64,000 bases of DNA from a virus. Its lineage: Duplodnaviria > Caudoviricetes. Positions 59,042 to 64,000 of this stretch are shown here, piece after piece. Both the position numbers and the translations under genes were made by a program. The stretch is taken from the IMG/VR virus record IMGVR_UViG_3300032038_006680, positions 17,264 through 81,263 of that record; one strand, given 5' to 3'. How positions within the stretch are numbered: the first letter of the stretch is position 1; each line of letters begins with the position of its first letter. Below the pieces are notes generated by a model that saw nothing but the letters and a program-made list of their open reading frames with translations, ran no database searches and was not told the DNA's origin.

Positions 59042-60061
59042 CTAGAAGAAAAGGTGGTTCTCGTCAAACTGCCGTGGTTGCTGGTAAGAACGAGGTGATA
59101 AAGATTGTTTGTTAAAACTGTTCGGATAATAATTCGGTGCAACCAAAAGTCTCGGAGCAATGTTTGTATGAAAAATGGTTGTTAGGATATATCCCGACCT
59201 TCGGCAGAAATCGTCATCAAAAGAGTTCGTGAGAATCTTCAAGACAGACTCAAGACCGTATTTCGCAATGTTTTGGTTAATCGTTGCACCGAAAGATTGC
59301 CATTGTTTCTGAGAGAATTTCTGTGCTGTGATAACCTTTTGTTCAACAAGTGTGTTGTAGTTTTTTAAATACAAGTCTTTTACTTGCTTAAATTCTGAGG
59401 TCTCTTTTTCTTCTGTGGCTCCGCCACAATGAGATTTAGAATTTCTTTTTCGTTTCGGAAGAGATTCTGAATCAGACGGAATTTTTTCGCTCGGTGAGAA
59501 AGGCTCGTAATGAGATTTAGAATTTTCTTCTTGCAGCAAGGAATCGTTGTCAGAGGATTCGCTTGGTTGCAGAGAAGAAGATTTGTTATTAGTACTTGGT
59601 AATAAGTCTTTAGTATTATCAGTATTTAGTAGTATCGGATTTTCCGTTAACGGATTTCCAGTAACGGTTTTCCGTTTATGGTTATCCGTTACTGGTTCTT
59701 TATCAGAACATTCTTTTTTACCTCTCTGTTTTCTGACAATTTTAGTCTCTCCCTGTGATACTTCATACACTTTATAAACCTTCTTACCGAACTGTCCTTT
59801 ATCACCTTTAATTTCTTCAACGACGATATAACCTTTCTCAACAAGCTCGTCAAAGGCTTTAAGAACGGCATCACGACCGTTTGAGAAATGAGATACAAGT
59901 TCTTCTTTGTGAATTTCCCAGTCATTAGGAAGGGTCATAAGATAAGCGAATAAGCCCATCGCCTGCATTGAGATTGTATTGTCCTTAAAGCAAGCGTTAT
60001 AAACGATTGTGAAGTCTTTGGTCTTGTCTTTAAGACGGATAATATATTCTTGGTTTTCCAT
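59042..60061 (-). CDS. Phage replication initiator
   Basis: DFTIVYN...ISMQAMGLFAYLMTLPNDWEI winged-HTH; low-complexity linker; upstream of dnaC-like and dnaB. Confidence 0.75.
   Translation of the reverse strand: MENQEYIIRLKDKTKDFTIVYNACFKDNTISMQAMGLFAYLMTLPNDWEIHKEELVSHFSNGRDAVLKAFDELVEKGYIVVEEIKGDKGQFGKKVYKVYEVSQGETKIVRKQRGKKECSDKEPVTDNHKRKTVTGNPLTENPILLNTDNTKDLLPSTNNKSSSLQPSESSDNDSLLQEENSKSHYEPFSPSEKIPSDSESLPKRKRNSKSHCGGATEEKETSEFKQVKDLYLKNYNTLVEQKVITAQKFSQKQWQSFGATINQNIAKYGLESVLKILTNSFDDDFCRRSGYILTTIFHTNIAPRLLVAPNYYPNSFNKQSLSPRSYQQPRQFDENHLFF
59632..59697. repeat. Putative ori iterons inside the initiator gene
   Basis: About 14-15-bp periodic A(A/T)CC-N3-(A/T)ACGGA units; AATGAGATTTAGAATTT direct repeat near 59428 and 59509. 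Confidence 0.5.
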
Positions 60062-60113
60062 GATTTTTTAACCTCGTCAACCTCGTCATTAGGTGACGAG
60101 GTTGTAATTTTTT

Positions 60114-60743
60114 TTATGCTACTGATTTCGTTTTCTTTTCAAGCCATACAAGACCTTTTGCTGTGACATAGATTCTTGTATAAGTGAACTCTTCACCATT
60201 TCGAGGATAATTCTCAGTCTTAACGAAGAAGTATCCAGAGTTTATATACTCTTGCTTTGGAAGATTTATTCCGTTGTCGTAGAAAAAGATTCCCATACCT
60301 CTCATAAGAGCGAAGAAGTTCTTTTCTCCGTAACCAAGAATCTTTGCGACTTCTTTTACAGTTTTTTCGCCTTTTGCGTCAGCAAGCCGTTGTAAAGATT
60401 CTTCCGCAAGTTCCGCTCGCTGTCTAAGCTCATCGTTCCTTCGTTGAAGAATCATCATTGCGTTTGCGATTGTTTGATTTTCTTCAAGTTCTGTTGTGAT
60501 GTTATCAATTTGTCTGTTCACAAGGTTATGATGTTTTTGCACTTCCTGTTTGATAAGCGTTGCTTGTTTTTCATTAAAAGCATAACCACCCTGGCGATTC
60601 GTTTTAACTTCGCCCAGTACCGGTCGGAGTTTAATCACGGTTCTTTTAATTGAGCTTTCACCAACATTTAATGTCTCCGAAAGCTCTTTTGTTGTTACTG
60701 TCTTTTCTGACTTATCAAATAAACTCAGTTCGTTTCCACCCAT
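60114..60743 (-). CDS. Antirepressor (KilAC/ANT C-terminal domain)
   Basis: TVKEVAKILG.GEK.FF..MR...NLPKQEYI..GYF...YVTAKG. Confidence 0.8.
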   Translation of the reverse strand: MGGNELSLFDKSEKTVTTKELSETLNVGESSIKRTVIKLRPVLGEVKTNRQGGYAFNEKQATLIKQEVQKHHNLVNRQIDNITTELEENQTIANAMMILQRRNDELRQRAELAEESLQRLADAKGEKTVKEVAKILGYGEKNFFALMRGMGIFFYDNGINLPKQEYINSGYFFVKTENYPRNGEEFTYTRIYVTAKGLVWLEKKTKSVA

Positions 60744-60882
60744 ATACGAAACTTCCTCCAAAAAGAAAAGCCGACTGGCTTTTCCGTAACAAAAAACCAA
60801 TCGGCTTTCACTCTTCCTCAAGAGGTGACTGCCCAATGCAATCAGAAAAGGTTACGGGCTTTTCTCATTACACTGTGTTCCA

Positions 60883-60911
60883 ACAATACATCTAAGAAAA
60901 AAGACGCTTAA
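60883..60911 (-). promoter_or_regulatory. TTAAGC-N17-TATTGT promoter candidate
   Basis: -35 at 60911-60906, -10 at 60888-60883; T-tract spacer. Confidence 0.55.
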
Positions 60912-61012
60912 ATCTTTCCCAAAAATGTCGTCGCTAAGCTCTCCGATAAAAGACTTCTACGACAAAATCTTTTATATGCAGGTTAAAGAACCTAGCGATA
61001 ACATTTCTAATT

Positions 61013-61087
61013 GGTAATGTAACCAACTTTATATTTATTATACGGTTATATTACCATTTAATCAATATAAATTTTAGTTAAGTTACC
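61013..61087. promoter_or_regulatory. Three operators GGT(A/T)A-N2-T(A/T)ACC around promoter TTGATT-N17-TATAAT
   Basis: Sites at 61013-61024, 61044-61055 and 61076-61087 (spacing 31-32 bp); promoter boxes at 61065-61060 and 61042-61037. Confidence 0.7.
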
Positions 61088-61112
61088 AATTTTTTATTCC
61101 GATAATGTTTAT

Positions 61113-61373
61113 ATGAACGATTTCTATGAGCGAGTTAAGACGCTTGCAAAATCACAGAATAAGAATCTCAGAGAGCTTATTGAATCGTGCGGTATGAATT
61201 ACGATTCTTACAACTCATATAAACGCTACGGCAATCTTCCAAGAGCGAATGAGGCCGTAGCCATTGCAGACGCTCTTGGAACCACCGTGGAGTATCTTGT
61301 CACAGGCAAAGACCCGCAGGACAAGAAAGAGGTGATAAAGGAATATCTCACGACGCTTCTGGAATCTCTCTGA
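61113..61373 (+). CDS. XRE-family HTH repressor (CI-like)
   Basis: LRELIESCGMN...LPRANEAVAIADALGTTVEYLVTG. Confidence 0.85.
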   Translation: MNDFYERVKTLAKSQNKNLRELIESCGMNYDSYNSYKRYGNLPRANEAVAIADALGTTVEYLVTGKDPQDKKEVIKEYLTTLLESL

Positions 61374-63035
61374 AACCGCACTCACAGTCGGGCTTATCAA
61401 TACCTGGAGCGGACAGAGCTATGAGATACTGAATAGCCTTGTCCTTATCCATGAAGTCACGCCAGTGTGTGATTTCTTTTATGTACTTGATGTGGATTCC
61501 AAGACGAGCGAAGAGAGAGTAAACACGCTCCTCGTAATCCTCGAAGTCAGCGAGCTCTTCTTCTGGAAGCTCGTCCTTCTCTCTCTCAAGGTTACGGATA
61601 TGCTCGTCTACAATATCCATTAACAAAGGCCAATCATTCTTTGTCATAAACACCCCCTTATACTTTCTTCCGAACAATCTTTACCACACGCTTCTTAGGC
61701 ATGAACCCACGGACAGTCTCAACTAAGTCCGTAACGGGAAAGTCCTTCGTCACTCCGTCAAAATCCTTCCCCACGCAGAAACAAGAGACCATACCTGTCT
61801 TGTAGTCGAACGAGAGCCTTAACCTGAATGTCTCGGTCTTGAGTATGCAGGTCGTAAGCTGTGACTTAATCTGCTCCTCGGTGAACTCGAAGACAACGCT
61901 TCGGAATTGCTTAAACTCCGTCACAACCTTTTTCAATTCGTCCGTAAACGGCTTCATAGGCCAGTTAATCCTTGCCCGTTTGATTTCCGGGTACTGAGCA
62001 AGGTTCGGGTCAGCTTTATCCAAAGCATGGCGTAAAGCCTCTTTCATTCTTTTGATTGACACACTCTTTACATCTTCACTCATATACTTTCCCTGGCCTC
62101 CATGACAGTCAGTTCTGACATAAGCTTTCTGTAAATGTCTCGCATGGTGACATTTCCCTCTGATTCGTACTTGTCTGCACAGAGCAGACAGAATTCATAT
62201 TTAGTCATAATTGGCATTAAAAACCTCCGTGTTTTTTATTTGCAATATTTGTCAATGAATGCGAATAGCTCGCCGGTAAGTTTCCGTTTTTCATCGTCAT
62301 TTAATGTTAAAATAAGAGTTGAATCATTCCCGTCAAGGATTACCTCTATGTCGCAATTCGGTAAAATTGTGCGGATATATTCAGCAGTTTTAACCACAAC
62401 CAATTCTTGCAAATAGGTGTATTCAGTACCTTCAATTATTACTGCCTCATGGCGCAGAAGTTTCCTTATTTCGGGACTTCTTTTTGCCGTATAAACCTTG
62501 AAAGCATGTCTACCCTCTGCAAAAAATCTTTCAATAATTTCTTCTGTTGTCATGCGACAACCTCTTGAGAATCTTCGATGTTAGCCAGATTTTCCCGAAG
62601 ATATTCAAAGAACTTTTCTATTGTGTTGTATGTGAAATCCGTAGGATTGTGGTTCTCTATGAGGTCAACCAAATCTTTGTAATCACCCATACCAAGAAGC
62701 TCGGCAGGTGTCTCTTCCCACTCGCTCTCATAGGTCTTCTTTCCGTCAGTCACGCTTCCCTTGCATATAACCTTGTAGCCCTTGTCTACATTGCACTCGG
62801 CAAGATGTTTGAACTGAATCGTGACATCAGCAATGGCCACCGTATTCTCGACTTCCTGTTTTACAGTAATTGTCCTTGAATACTCGCCGTAAGCTGAAAA
62901 AGAATCCTTATCGGTAGCGTCAAGAAGCAGTGACTTGCAGGCTTCAGTAACCATATCAATCACCCGCTTAGGGAAGTTCTCGAACTCCCACATCAGGTCT
63001 CTTTCTGGGTAAGGTTTTGTTCCTACCATAAACAC
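61348..63035 (-). CDS. Hypothetical genes (61348, 61658, 62236, 62550)
   Basis: ORF track; overlapping starts and stops. Confidence 0.55.
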
Positions 63036-63167
63036 CCCCTTATCAATAATTTCGATTTAATATGAGATTGTCTGAAAAATCAGACACTTAATAAAAAGCC
63101 CCCGTTAATACGACCTACAAAGGTTCAGATTTTTATTGCGGGCCGTACAAACGAGGGCTCTTATGTC

Positions 63168-63668
63168 CTAAATCATCTTCATCCCGCCCAAGTCCACATC
63201 GAAGTCCGGGATAGGATTCTCAGCCGAGTACCAAAGGTGCAGACAGTATTTTGCGAAGTTCACATAATGTTCCTCTGACGGAAACACCATTATTGATTTC
63301 TTGTCAGTACCGATAAAGTCCTTTCTTACGAGCTGAATGTCCTTGTAATCGGGAATCCTGCTCTTTCTGCTGAAAGACACATGAAGCCATTCCATGCCGT
63401 TATACTTTGTCGGAGAAACTATTACATGGAGTCCGTTGAAGTCGTATGAGCGGATATACTCGTCAGCGTCCTTGGCGAGAATGTTGTATATGCTCACCTT
63501 TGTCGACTTCCAGTAGCTCGGAAGTTTCGGGAAGAACTGGGCTTCTGAGATTTTTACCCGCTCCACATTACCGCCTTTTGCTCCGAGAGAAGCGTTGCCG
63601 TCAATTCCCATTTGCTTACGCATAAGCTCGATTCCTTTTTCTTCTTGCTCTTTAGTCAGTTGTTTCAT
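63168..63668 (-). CDS. Conserved phage hypothetical protein (WLHVSFS family)
   Basis: WLHVSFSRKSRIPDY...FPSEEHYVN..YCLHLW. Confidence 0.6.
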   Translation of the reverse strand: MKQLTKEQEEKGIELMRKQMGIDGNASLGAKGGNVERVKISEAQFFPKLPSYWKSTKVSIYNILAKDADEYIRSYDFNGLHVIVSPTKYNGMEWLHVSFSRKSRIPDYKDIQLVRKDFIGTDKKSIMVFPSEEHYVNFAKYCLHLWYSAENPIPDFDVDLGGMKMI

Positions 63669-64000
63669 ATAAACTCCTTTCCGAATGTATCAAAGTCGAT
63701 CCATTCTTCTTTCATCAGATTGCCGATAGCGGAAACACGGTCTCCTAATTTTGCGTTTTTAATTCTTATGTATTTGCCCTCAAGCTCTTCCCAGGTATCA
63801 ACACCTACAACTTCAAGAATCCGCATTATCAAATTCATTCCGTAAGCAGTGCCTACTCTTTTATTTTTCTCTTTGTCATACTGATCCATAGCCCAGCCAC
63901 CAAGAGCAATACCGCCTCCGCCTTGAATGTCGAGGACAAGCGTAAAATCAAATATGCCGTTGCTTATGAAGCCGAGTTTTGTTGATTTTATCTGTGCGTT
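63665..64000 (-). CDS. Hypothetical protein, 5'-truncated by the window edge
   Basis: Frame open to 64000 (NAQIKSTKLG...GIALGGWAMDQYD...). Confidence 0.6.
   Translation of the reverse strand, partial: NAQIKSTKLGFISNGIFDFTLVLDIQGGGGIALGGWAMDQYDKEKNKRVGTAYGMNLIMRILEVVGVDTWEELEGKYIRIKNAKLGDRVSAIGNLMKEEWIDFDTFGKEFI

Noticed and set aside
1-64000. Genome-wide stop-codon reassignment (TGA=Trp or TAG=Gln)
   Set aside because: The internal stops are of all three types, TGG is used normally, many genes end in TGA/TAG with start-stop overlaps, and no canonical suppressor tRNA was found.
1-64000. CRISPR array or diversity-generating retroelement
   Set aside because: I saw no regularly spaced repeat-spacer array, no reverse transcriptase motif, and no template/variable repeat pair differing at adenines.

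Overview
About 64 kb of a temperate, lambda-type-tailed (siphovirus-like) phage genome. It is apparently in its excised (attP) configuration: a 3' half tRNA-Gly(TCC) att core sits next to a tyrosine integrase at 43.2-44.5 kb with phage genes on both sides. The window begins inside the tail-tip module (gpM/gpL/gpK/gpI-J-like genes plus a low-GC receptor-binding cassette). It then carries an inverted lysis cassette (holin, two-component spanin, DUF261-like peptidase), a DNA-modification cluster, and about 40 kb of mostly minus-strand early/middle genes: single-chain SbcD-SbcC, RtcB, ThyX, dUTPase, SSB, three DNA methyltransferases, initiator/DnaC-like/DnaB, antirepressor, two XRE repressors, a sigma factor, three tRNAs and an aberrant tRNA-like RNA. 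Mobile nucleases are two HNH endonucleases and an RHH-TnpB cassette. Spanins imply a diderm host; the DUF261-like and CHB_HEX_C-like proteins suggest a spirochete such as Treponema (inference only). The most notable observations are: (1) a 7-bp simple-sequence repeat acting as a predicted three-state frame switch in a split C5 methyltransferase; (2) three insertions that each carry a diverged duplicate of a target-gene terminus; (3) a recurrent TTAAGC-N17-TAnnnT promoter class at six intergenic sites; (4) a Leu-type tRNA body with a 14-nt-enlarged anticodon arm; (5) nonsense codons in both sigma-like regulators. All family names come from motif recognition by eye, not from database searches.
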